DNA of 64,000 nucleotides from Vicugna vicugna (lineage: Eukaryota). The position numbers and the translations under genes were made by a program. The notes beneath the pieces were generated by a model. The model worked only from the letters and a program-made list of their open reading frames with translations. It made no database searches and had not been told where the DNA came from. This document shows positions 50,781-61,705 of this stretch, piece after piece; the stretch's first letter is position 1; every line of letters begins with the position of its first letter. Location: contig MU058221.1 of assembly GCA_013265495.1 (NCBI GenBank), positions 5,874,066-5,938,065 of the forward strand, written 5' to 3'.

Positions 50781-51702
50781 AAAAAAAAAGTGTATATATA
50801 CATATATATATATACACATACATAAAGCAAGTAACAGGTACCCTTTAGAATTTCATCGAATGGTTGTTATTACTATTGACAATCAGACTGTAATCATGTC
50901 TCTGTGACCTTGGGTAGGTTTCGTGATCTCTGAACCAGTGATCCGTGAGACGGCCCTGTGGCATTTCCCCCGTGGGGTGGCTGTGACGATAAGCCAGATC
51001 CTGCGTGCACCGCCCATCACAGGGCTGGGTGGGCGAGAGTGGGCGCTTTGCTAGACGTTAGTGCTGGGCTGCTGCGGCCTAAGCTCTGAGGGGAGAGACT
51101 GAGGCCTCGCTTCCAGACACTGCCTTTTGTTTTTGCCTTTTTCCTGATCATGTCAGAATGAATGGAGCTGGATGGGGGAGTCACTTGAACTGCTGGGTGC
51201 TAACTGCCCCTCCTCTTGGTCCCCCCTTTCTTCCACTCCAGGCCGTGGCGGCAGACCAAGGTGCTGTGCTGCCACAGGGTAGTTAGGGACAGAGGCCATT
51301 ACGTATTTAGTTGGGGTTATAAAACTCTCTCAAAAAAACTAGACCAAGCAAGTAGGAAAAAAAAAGTTTTCTTAAGAAAACCCAGCTGGAATCATACAGT
51401 TAAAGAGACCTCAGGTCTTTTGAGGAGCTAGGATTAACTGGGGGAATTCTTCAGATGGGTTTTTTAATGCTGGGCCAAATGGGAGAGTTTTCTGAAGTCA
51501 CACTGCTCTCCATGTCAGCCCAACCGGGGCCTCCATTTTCTCCCCCATGTCAGCCTTCTCCATCTCTCTGTTCAGACAGTAAGCTGACTCTGCCATGGCC
51601 TCCCTCTGGGAAAGGAGTTCCCACCATCTGCTGCCTGGGAAGCAAGGACATGTGCCCAGCGCTGCCTGGGGCCAGCAGGCCCAGGGGTTACAAGAGACTC
51701 AC

Positions 51703-51733
51703 CTGGGACATTTGCAGACACGTCTTCGGTTCC
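51703..51733 (-). CDS. CD8A: CD8A coding exon 5 (31 nt; Lck-binding CxCP motif)
   Basis: ctttatccag|GG AAC CGA AGA CGT GTC TGC AAA TGT CCC AG|gtgagt; (R)NRRRVCKCP(R). Confidence 0.96.
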
Positions 51734-52059
51734 CTGGATAAAGAAAAAGAAGGGGTAAAGTGACTGCTCCACCACAACCAATAGTCTCCAAATACGGTTT
51801 CTCCTTTTTCTCTATTTATTTAGGATTATAACTCTTTTTTTTCCTAGCGAGGTTATGACTATTTTATTTAAAGCAAACAATAACTACACTGACATGATAA
51901 AAAACATTTATCGTAATAAGGTAAACTTGTAAAATGACATGAGTACATAATGATTGCCACTGTAAAGAAGATTAATTTATATTATAAAGAAATAAGCTAT
52001 AAAGAAAGCATGGTATATTTATATTCCATGGTTTTAATAATAATTGTTTAAAAAATTAA

Positions 52060-52200
52060 AAATTGAAGTATATCGATTTACAACATTGTGTTAGTTTCAG
52101 GTGTACAGCAAAATGATTCCACTATATATATATTTTTTCAGATTCTTTTCCATTACAGGCTATTACAAGATATTGAATATAGTTCCCTGTGCTGTCAGTA
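52060..52200 (-). mobile_element. Truncated L1 3' end in CD8A intron 4
   Basis: Similar to 56558-56705 (aattgaagta...ttacaagatattgaatatagttccctg). Confidence 0.7.
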
Positions 52201-52728
52201 AACAGGATTATAAATCTTGAGAGTTATGGGGCTTCTTTCCCATCTCTCTTCACATCAATTTAAAAAACATTGCAAATACAGATGTGGGTTCGTACACTTA
52301 ACTGCGTGGGCTCCAAAGCGCGGTGCGGGAACTCGCGGGGAGGGGGGGCAAGTATAAACCACAGCCGGTTGTGGTTTGGGCCCAGCCCTCCTGGAATCTG
52401 GTCCCAGGGCCACAGCGCCCCCCCCCTTCCCTAGCCCCCTCTCCCCCAGGGCATTTGCAGTGAGCCCAGACCTGTGCGCTGGCCTAATGGAACGCCCCAC
52501 CCCGCTGCTGCCGCTCTGCGGATAGGACAGCCTTCCTAAAAACCTCCAGGGGAGTGGAAGGAGCAGCGGGGAGAGGTTTCCCCGCGTTCTCTCTCCAGGA
52601 AAGAAACAGACTGTGCCTGGCCCTGCGGTGCAGCTCAGAGTCCCAGAAATCCCATCCCCAACTCCCGGCAGGGGCGGCCTGGGTGGAAGCGGGGCAGACC
52701 CTCCCCGCCGAGATCCTCTAGGACTTAC

Positions 52729-52836
52729 TGCGGTTGCAGGTGACGGTGATGACTAGTGACAGAAGAAGGATGGCGCAGGTCCCAGCCAGGGGCGCCCAGA
52801 TGTAGAGATCACAGGCGAAGTCCATGCCACTTGTGT
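52729..52836 (-). CDS. CD8A: CD8A coding exon 4 (108 nt; transmembrane)
   Basis: gtcactag|AC ACA AGT...AAC CGC A|gtaagt; (D)[35 protein letters not shown]. Confidence 0.93.
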
Positions 52837-53020
52837 CTAGTGACAACACAAGATGCCGAATGTAGGAGCGGACCAGGATCCCCCAGCCGACCCTGCCGGC
52901 CCCGGCACGTCCTTCTCCCGGCTCCTGGTCTCAAGTTTCCCCACCACTCAGCCTGGCTTCGGCTCCACCCCCGGGATCAGGGCTGCCCGCTCGCGTGGGC
53001 CTTCCCCGCGCGCGCCTCAC

Positions 53021-53134
53021 CTTTGCTGCCCGCCGAGGGCCGACATGCTTCTGGGCGCGGAGTCACGGGCAACGACGCGTTGGTGGGCGCCCGCTTGGGT
53101 GGCGGCGTCGCCACTGTCGTGGTGGTGGGCTTCG
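53021..53134 (-). CDS. CD8A: CD8A coding exon 3 (114 nt; hinge/stalk)
   Basis: ttctgcag|CG AAG CCC...AGC AAA G|gtgagg; (A)KPTTTTVATPPPKRAPTNASLPVTPRPEACRPSAGSK. Confidence 0.95.
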
Positions 53135-53712
53135 CTGCAGAAGCAACAGAGCGAGGTTGGTGGCCGGGCTGGGGCGGTGCACGCGAACCCTCCCCACAGC
53201 TCCACGCGCCTTTGCCCAAGAGTCGCCTCCTCCCCGATTTTCCACTTAGAGCGCCATATAGGGCCGCCCGCGCGGACCTCTGTGCTCAGTGCAGGGGAGA
53301 TGGGGCGGGACCTGCTGGTCCGCGGAGCGCACCGGATGCTTCGGACAGGAATGCAGGAGTCCGCTCCCCTCCGCCCATCCTCTCTCCAGGGCCCAGCCAG
53401 AAACCTCGTGGGCTTGGGTTGATACCCGCATTTTACTGACAACCAAACGGAGGCTCAGTGAATTTAAGTAGCTTGCCCAGAATCACGCAAGCACCCGAAC
53501 CCGAGTCCAGCGCAGCCAGACCTAAAAAGCCACCTTCAGTTCCTACCCAGCTGCACTCTAGCCTCAGTTTCCTTCTCTGTGAAATGGGAACAAGATCGAA
53601 GTAGCCCCCGGGGAGCTAAGGGGCTCGAAAGCGAGGCATCCGTGTGAAAAATGGGTTCAGACGTGAGCCCCAAACCCTACACCTAGAGGTGCCGTGTCCC
53701 CGGCGCCCGGAC

Positions 53713-54078
53713 CTGGCAAGAAGACTTGCACGAATTTGCTGAAGTGCATAACCGAGTTGATCATGACCGAGCAGAAATAGTAGCCTTGGTCCTCCTCGCG
53801 GAAGCGGTGCAGCGTGAGCTGGAAGTTGGAGTCCCTGGTCTTGGTGGCGGAGATGTAGTTGGTGTTCAGCCCCTCGGCCATCTTGGACCGGCTGCTGGAG
53901 ATGTACGCCAGGAATGTGGGTCCGGAGGCAGCCTCGGGCTTCTGGTAGAGCCAGGAGCAGCCCACCGTCTGGCCGGGCTGCAGCAGCTCGCAGTCCAGCT
54001 TCACCTGCTCGCCCAGGTGAGCCTGCACCTTCTCCGGCGACATCCGGAACAAGTGAGACCCGAGGGCCGTGTCGGTAT
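53713..54078 (-). CDS. CD8A: CD8A coding exon 2 (366 nt; Ig V domain)
   Basis: cctgcag|AT ACC GAC...TTG CCA G|gtccgg; contains VKLDC, GCSWL, FQLTL, DQGYYFCS and VFLP IgV/CD8a motifs. Confidence 0.96.
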
Positions 54079-54167
54079 CTGCAGGGGGCAAGCAGCGAGG
54101 CTGAGCCCGGAGCCCCGCGCCCCACTGCCCGCCTGGCCCCCGCCCTCCCCGGGGGTCGCAAACTCAC

Positions 54168-54216
54168 GCAGCAGCCAGGCCAGCGGCAGCAGCAGGGCGG
54201 TCACGGGCGAGGCCAT
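54168..54216 (-). CDS. CD8A: CD8A coding exon 1 (49 nt; signal peptide)
   Basis: Strong Kozak gcgccATGG; MASPVTALLLPLAWLL(H); donor C|gtgagt. The six exons sum to 720 nt (239 aa). Confidence 0.96.
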
Positions 54217-54346
54217 GGCGCGCTCCCCGCCGTGCGCTTCGGCTCGAGGCTCGGAGCTCGGAGGCGCGCAGGAGCCAGTGGGACGCCGAAGGGGGAAGTT
54301 GCGCCCTTCGACTGGCCGCCGAGGCCGATTTCGCGTTTGGAGGATG

Positions 54347-54354
54347 TGATGTCA
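54347..54354 (-). promoter_or_regulatory. CRE-like element TGACATCA in the CD8A promoter
   Basis: TGACATCA ~130 bp upstream of the ATG; a CRE-like decamer is a known functional element of CD8A promoters. Confidence 0.65.
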
Positions 54355-55807
54355 CCCGAAGCCCCACCGCGGAGAGAGTCTCCCTCCTTTAGCGGTTGTC
54401 ACCCTCCAGCCCAGCGGAGACGGAGGGTGAACCGGAGCCGTCGAGGCAGCCTTGCCAGGAAGCTGGGGAAGGTTGAGAACTGCGGGTTTGGGACAGGGAA
54501 AAGGGCTTGGAAATGGCCCTTAAAGTGGCTCTCTTGTGGGAGTGACAAAGACAGGACAGAGATGAGACATTTCAAGGCATGAGGGTGAGAGAAGGCAGGA
54601 AAGGAGACAGGAGAATCCACTTCGTTGCCGTCGCTCGAAGTGGCCCTAGCACTGACGCCCTGGGGCCTCGGGTCCGCAGGGTGGCACCGCGGGCTGAGAA
54701 GGGTCAGTGACGGGCCCGCCTCTCGGGCACTGCGCAGGGGAGTCCGAGCGCTCACGGAGGGAGGACCTTCTCCCTTCCACTGAGGAGACATCCGCGGGGC
54801 AGCCCCCACCCAAGCCTTGTGCGGGGCCTGCGTGCTCTGGTGACTGCACCCTTCGGCTTCCTCTCAGCCGGGAAACCTCACCACACAGCCTCATTCCTTT
54901 GTGAGGCCGCTGCAGCAGCCTCCCCACCAGCCCCTCTCCTGGCCAGTCCCCCAGCCACCCGCTGTGAACATTATTCTCCTAAAGGGGACCCGATGGTGTC
55001 ACTCCCGCAGCCTCCCACGACCTGCAGGACCGCGTGGAAGCTAAACGCTGGCTTGGCTCAGAGCCTTACGGTGCTGGCTCCTCCCAGCCTCCGTCCAGTT
55101 CCCTGCCCTGATCTTTCCCAACCATCTGCGGCTACATTCCCATGGGGATTGAGATTGGCTAAACTCTGGGCTCTTCTTGCCTGCAATGCTATTCTACTTA
55201 AGCCTCGGGGTCAGCTCCCTTGCTGTGGGACTTGGACCTCAGTTCCCTGTATCCCCAGCTCTGGGTGATGGGCGGGGACTGGTGTACAGCCCGGGTGAAT
55301 TCGTGGGTGGAGCCGGTTTTCCCTCTCTGACCCCGGCAGGCACGTGCTTTCTTCCTTCTTGTCTGCTGCTGTCCTGAAACCTTGCACTCCCCATAGTGGG
55401 TGCCTCCTTCCCATTTCTTCAGGGTCTTTCCCACTTTGCATCCTATAGTGGGTGCACTTCATGCTGCTGCTGCTTGATTCTAGAGTCAAGCCACCTTGGC
55501 ATTCTCTCTTTCATGTGTCTTTCCTACCCGAGAGTTCTGCCTGAGAGGACTGTGTCCCAGACACCCCCCGGATGTCACATGTCACATCACAGCTTGGACT
55601 GAGCTGCGTTTGCAGAACTGGGTCTGAACTTAAATTTCGGATGGGCTTTTTTTTTTTTACTTTGATTTCAATGCACCCCATCCTGCTCCGCCCAAAGCAT
55701 CCAAGGTGCTTACTCAAACATGAACTGTTTAACATTTTATATTTAGAAATGGTTTTTAAAGTATCTTTTAAATTACAGAAGTTACATATATATATACATA
55801 TATATGT

Positions 55808-55898
55808 ATTTTTTTAATGGAGATACTGGCGATTGAACCCAGGACCTCGTTCATATTAAGCATGCACTCTACCACTGAGCTCCACCTGCTCCCACCCC
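55808..55898 (-). mobile_element. tRNA-derived SINE (vic-1-like), copy 6
   Basis: gatactggcgattgaacccaggacctcgttcatattaagcatgcactctaccactgagct. Confidence 0.8.
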
Positions 55899-56557
55899 TA
55901 GGCAATATATATTTTTCAAAAACTTCAGACAATACAAAAAAGTGTATGGGGAAATTTTCCTGTCTCAATTCTCTTCACCATCATTCATTCATTCTCAAGA
56001 GAAAACCACTGTTGCAGTTAAGTGTGTCCCTCAGAAACACCTGTACAGATGTTTATACATCATTTTAGCACATGTGTTTGTGCTACGCACGTACTTTTTG
56101 CAGCTTGCCTTTCTTATCTGACAGTAGAAGAAGAAGGAAAGTTTTTCATGTTAGCACATGTAGATCGACCCCATACTTCTAAAGGGGTGCATTTAAAAAA
56201 TTTTTTTAAGTTTTCAAAGGAACACATTTTAAATGGTTGTTCCATAATTTCATTTTCCTGTAATAGACATTTGAGCAGTTTCTCAGTTTTTGCAGGTACT
56301 AGTAAGGCTGTAGTAACTTATCTGTATCATTGAGGACTTACTTGCACATGTGCGTGTAACATTTTCAAATGGAAGACTAGGGAGGTTGGGGAAGGAAGAC
56401 GCTTTGTAATGATGGATATGACTCTGTTTGTGTGTGTGTCCCTGGCTTTGTAGACAGAGTGCTGTCTTAACTCCCATCAATGAGGGTGACGAGGAAATGA
56501 CTAAGTCCAGATAGGCCACCAATATGGCAATCTTTAGTTTTGGTGGGGGGGGTCTGT

Positions 56558-57092
56558 TTTTTTTTAAATTGAAGTATGATCAGTTCACAATGTTGTGCCA
56601 ATTTCTGGCGTACAGCATAAGGTTTCAGTCATACATATGAATATATATTTTCATATTCTTTTTCATTATAGGTTACTACAAGATATTGAATATAGTTCCC
56701 TGGGCTATACAATAGGACATTGTTTATCTATTTTATATATAGTAGTTAGTATCTGCAAATCTTGAACTCCCAATTTATCCATTCTCACCTCCTTTCCATG
56801 CTGGTAACCATAAGCTTGTTCTCTATGTCTGTGAGTCTCTTTCTGTTTTGTAAATAACTTCATTTGTGTCTTTTTTTTTTTAGATTCCACATATGAGTGG
56901 TATCATATGGTATTTTTCTTTCTCTTTCTGGCTAACTTCACTCAGAATGACGATCTCCAGGTCCATCCATGTTGCTGCAAATGGCATTATTTTATTCTTT
57001 TCTATTGCTGAGTAGTATTCCACTGAATAAATATACCACTACTTCTTTACCCAGTCACCAGTCGATGGGTATTTAGGTTGTTTCTCTGTCTT
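56558..57092 (-). mobile_element. Relatively young L1 3' end
   Basis: Poly-T then aattgaagta...; gattccacatatgagtggtatcatatggtatttttctttctctttctggctaacttcact; tccaggtccatccatgttgctgcaaatggc. Confidence 0.85.
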
Positions 57093-57746
57093 GACAGGGC
57101 AGTCTTTGTTTTAGAGAGTTTTGCCCATTTTGCTTCGCCTCTATTCCCACTGCAGGAGGAGAATTAAATGGCCCTTCTGGCCAACGGTTGCAATTGGGAG
57201 GGTGGTAAAGAGGATGGCCAGCCACAAAGGTAAAGGAGTCAAGGTCACCCTGTAGATATTTGGATCTCGGGAACCACGTCCCTGAGTACGATGATGGCCA
57301 GATTCTGGGGGGCAATGCTTGAGAACAGAATCGTCCTGTCAGTCTCCTCCCAGAAGTGAGCTGCAGCTGGCTTGGAGGTCTTCCAGCCTGGCAGCTAAGA
57401 AAAGTGTCAGCCAGGGGGGTGGCAGCCCCTTTGTGCAGAGCTCAACAAAGGGTGGCGGGGGGATGTCAAACCCACCAAGGAGACTTTGTGACCCCAATGA
57501 TATTTTTCACAGAAGCGGTAGATTCTCAGTGTAACCACAGTGACATCCGCCCTGCAGCAGACAGGAGACCAGATGCAGCTGTGCAGGCTCTGGGGATGCT
57601 TGTTTGCCGTAGGGCCAGGTGTGTGGAGGGCTGGGTGGGGCCTGCCAGGTAAGCTCCCACACCCCCACGCTGCGGCACTCACGTGGGGTGGCTTGAAGAA
57701 GTGGGGACAGCAGCACTCTGTCCCCACTTTATTTTTAAAGACATCC

Positions 57747-57773
57747 AGAGAGAGAGAGAGAGAGAGAGAGAGA
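57747..57773. repeat. (AG)n microsatellite
   Basis: About 13 perfect AG units. Confidence 0.9.
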
Positions 57774-58129
57774 TGGTAAGAGAGTAGCCAGTTTCTACGC
57801 TGAATTTAAACAGGTCTTTGTTTTCCTCAAGGTGTATATTCTTAAAAGGTGGAAATACTTTTAGTTTATGCTAATTAAAGACCTATTCAGAATGAGTACC
57901 TGGGCAGGGCAGGGGTGGGAAATTAATGAGCGCTCTGGAGACACCGACTTGGGGACAACCTGGAATCATGTCGCTGGAATTTGCCAGCTGTCTCCTCTTG
58001 CTTGTCCAGGTCTATGGAAATGTCCAGGTCCTTGTTTGGGTCTAGAAAGCTCTTTGAACTCTGGAGTCATCAGGGCCTTGCTTTTTCAATCACAAATATC
58101 TGTTGATTCTATCTCACCTCTGCCATTCC

Positions 58130-58790
58130 CACTTTTCTCCATCCTGGACCCCTAGGTTCATCAAGGATCCCCTACTGTCGTCTCTTGCCTGGACTTTTGT
58201 AGTGGTCTCCTAACTGGCCACTCTGCCTCCACTATAGTTTCTTCCAGTGCTTCAGGTCTCTTCCAGTGAAAATCTCATCCTGCCCTCCTTATGCTTCAGC
58301 CCACAAGGGCTTCCCATGGTCCCTAGCTGATCCCGAATGTTGTCTGAGGCTCTGCACACTCAGCTCTGCAGCTGCATCTGCATCCTCTCCTGCTCACCCT
58401 CTCCACACCTCCTAGGACTGGTGTCTCTGTTTCTCCAAGGGAGCCTGCTCCTTTCCACCTCGGTGCCCTTGAACATGCTATTCCTTTCGTCTGGATTATT
58501 CTCAGCTCTGCTCTCTGGTTAGTAAACTCCTCTTCCTCGTGGGGCTCAGCCCCTCCCCCTTTGCCCCACTCCCAGGCAGTATAGACCACATGCCTCTCGG
58601 GGTCACTTGGACCTTGGGCATCCCTGAGCTGAAGCACTTACTCTGCACAGCACTGGTTTGTTTGCTTATCCAGCTTGATGACCAGACCCTCGGTCCCTTG
58701 AGGAAGAGACCTTGTCTCGTTCATGTTTATATGATGGTGCCTAAAGGGGATGGCACACTCTCGGTCTTCAGGAACCTTGTTTGGTGAAAG
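58130..58790. mobile_element. L2 remnant
   Basis: tctcttgcctggacttttgtagtggtctcctaactgg; ccttgaggaagagaccttgtctcgttcatgttt resemble the L2 3' region. Confidence 0.55.
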
Positions 58791-59559
58791 CTAAATGCAG
58801 GCAAAAGCAGAGTAGAGGAAGTAGAGATAGTTCATTTCAGGTAAGAGTGGTCAGGAAAGGCTTTACAAAGTGGCTGGTTTGTAGGTAAAGTAACAATTAG
58901 GAATGAGGCATTTGACTTCTAATCAAGATGGTTCTGATACCCTGTTTTAATGTGTGGTAATGGTATGGCCGAAAGTAAAACAAGGAGGAGGAAGGGCAAC
59001 ACGAACATGCATTTAAAAGCAACACGAATATCACCCTGGATTTAGTAATGGAACCAGGTCTGAAATCAGGGGCTGGTTTGTTGGAGTCTATTCTTGAATC
59101 TGTGTCTTGAAGGTCCATTCTTGGAGCAGAGGCACTGAGGGTCTGACTCAGTCAGCTAACAGGGTCCCAAACTATTTCATATATGGAGAGAGCCTGGAGC
59201 CAAGCTCTCTGCTTGAGACAGGGGCGGGGCTCAGGATTTCTCTTGGTGAAAGTGGAAGAAAGCTTGGTGTCCCTCCAGAGTCATGGCTCATATAGGGTTC
59301 CTCCCCTACAGTGATGGGAGGGCAGGCCAGAGACTGGAGCTGCCCGATCCCCAGTGTCACCTCTGGACAGGAGTCCAGAGCCATCAGAATCAGGCCTGGT
59401 TCTGACTACAGGCCCTGGAAAATCAGAGGCTACCAAACACCCAGGAGGATGGAGTGTAAAGAGAGAGAGAGATTTTTTAAATTCCCATTCAAGATGCACT
59501 TACATACACACTCAAAATTCAAAAAATATATAAGGATATTTAACTAAAATTGAGATGGG

Positions 59560-60070
59560 AGTTCAGAAGAAATGCAAATTATATAACAATCTGAAAAAAG
59601 TTTAAAACAGAGAACAAGAAAGTGTAGAAAATGCAGAAATTAAACAAAGAACAACTGAATATGATAAATACTGAGCATACAGGAAATGAAAACTACAGAC
59701 AGTTTAGATATAAGCTAGGATGTACTTTAGATTGGACACTGTTGAAGGGATAATTAGTAAAACGGAAGCTACCACTGAGGAATTCACAGAGACTTCAGTG
59801 CAGGGAGATAAAGACAGAAGCAGTTTGAAATCTGTTGAGATGTGGATCAGCACTGTGAAATATTTAATGGGATTTCAGAAAGAGAACAAAGGGAATGTGG
59901 AGAAGGAAGGTTGGAAGAGATCATGGCTGAAGATTTTCCACAGTGAAAGACACAAGTGCTCTGATCAAAAGTGCTCCCAGAATGTCAAATAGGATAAATA
60001 AAAACACGTCCATTTTTGAATATATCAAGATGAACCACAGGAGAGGAAGGTATCCCAGAAGCCAGAAGAA
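59560..60070 (+). mobile_element. Ancient L1/HAL1 ORF1-region remnant
   Basis: A-rich; ORF 59720-59992 RLDTVEGIISKTE resembles the L1 ORF1p coiled-coil motif RLDxAEERISxLE. Confidence 0.55.
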
Positions 60071-61094
60071 GCTGGGATGATGTTTGAAATATGTTTGGGA
60101 GAGCCTTAATCACAACTTGGAGAGTCTTACTCTCTCTTGCGGCAGAGAGAGTAAGAAGCTGATCTGTGATGGGAAAAACCCACACATCTGTTGATGACTT
60201 GTATCGACGCTGTGTCATTCTCTGCTCTCAGTGCAGACACACGCTGGCTATAAAGTTGGGTTGGGTCAACTTGCTGCAGATCTTTATTGTCAAGAACATT
60301 GAAACAGAAGCCTCTTGAATGCAACTGGAGAACCAGGACTTGGGGGCCCTGGGCTGGAGAGGCAGCCTCTGCAAGGGGGTAACAATGTAAGTCATGAAAT
60401 TTGGTCTGATTGCAAAAGGAGGTAGAGTAGGCGGGGAGGAGCAGAAGAGGACATTGAATGTTTAGGGAAGGCTCGTATTTAAGGAGAGGGAAGGAAACTT
60501 TGGCAATGATTCAGGTGGTGTAGGAACTTCAGGATGGGGCTCAAGAAGGTGGGAAGCCTTTATGGAGAGGTGGCTGCAGCAGGTTTGAGCTATAAGGGAG
60601 TTATGGAAGGACATTCAAACCTGGGACTGCAAGCCTGTGGCAGGAAGAGATTGTAAGCCTGTGTTTAGCGCCTCGCCCACAAAAAGGACACCCAACTCCA
60701 CACAATTGTCAGTGGTCAACAGTGAAATGAGGAAGGCTCACAGGTAAGGAGGAAGGCAGGGGAGGGAGGCTGGGATGGGTGGGGTGTGGAGTTGAAGTAA
60801 TGTTGGAAGAAGTAACGCTGATGTCTGGATTTCATTTGTTGCTCATTCACTTAAATATTTCTTCCATTCACTTTTTATAAAGTTATGAAAGCATCTGAAC
60901 ACAGAAAAAGAGAGCAAATAATATAAAATACCATACACTCCTCAGAAAACACTCCTTAAAACTAATGTGTTAGCGTTTTGTCATATTTGGTTCAGATGAA
61001 TGTTACAGAAGCAATTGTACCATCCCCCCAAACCCTGCCTCCTTCCCAGAAGCAACGTTTGGGGTTTTGTCCATCAACTATGAAAGAAGGATGT

Positions 61095-61515
61095 TACATT
61101 TCCAACCATGATTCTGGATTTGTCTATTTCTCCCTTTAACTCTGTCTGGTTTTTTGCCTTGCGTATTTTGAAGCTTTGTTATTGGGCACATACACATTTA
61201 GGATTGTCTGCCTTCTTGGCAGATTAACTCTTTTATCATTACAAAATGTCTCTTTTTTTTTTTTATTTTAGGGAAGAGGTAATTAGGTTCATTTATTTTT
61301 AGAGGTGGTACTGGGGATTGAACCCAGGACGTCATGCATGCTAAGCAGGCACTCTACCACTGAGCTATACCCTCCCCACCAAAATGTCCCTCTTTCACTC
61401 TGGTGATGCTTTGTTTTGAAGTCTAGCTTGATATTCACATGGCCACACTAGCTCTCTTACATTTTCTGTTTGAATGGAAAGATCTTTTCTATCTTATTAC
61501 TTTCAACTTACCCCT
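61095..61515 (-). mobile_element. Old L1 ORF2-region fragment, interrupted by a SINE
   Basis: ggatttgtctatttctccctttaactctgtc...tattttgaagctttgttattgggcacatacacatttaggattg. Confidence 0.65.
61254..61379 (-). mobile_element. tRNA-derived SINE (vic-1-like), copy 7
   Basis: ggtactggggattgaacccaggacgtcatgcatgctaagcaggcactctaccactgagctataccctcccc; TSD caaaatgtc(t/c)ct on both sides. Confidence 0.88.
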
Positions 61516-61705
61516 CTCTGTTTTAATACTTTTGCTGTGTGTGTGGATATGTATTAACTATATATACTATTATTTTTGAGAATGTTTCAATATATAGAAA
61601 TGTTATATTACATGTCTTTGAGTTTGAGTTATGCTGAGACATGAATTTAGTTCATTTCTCTTAAATGCTGTATAATAGTATTATCTGGTGAATATACCAC
61701 TGTTT

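Larger units (their letters stand above)
52280..54850. promoter_or_regulatory. CpG island over the CD8A promoter and exons 1-4
   Basis: Visibly high GC content and dense CpG across ~2.5 kb; boundaries estimated by eye. Confidence 0.8.

Noticed and set aside
52729..52836. In-frame skippable transmembrane exon (soluble CD8a)
   Set aside because: Already known for CD8A in other species; no evidence from this sequence beyond frame symmetry
52756..54582. Long plus-strand ORFs (227, 189, 207 and 222 aa) antisense to CD8A
   Set aside because: Shadow ORFs of the CpG island and coding exons, with no recognisable domains
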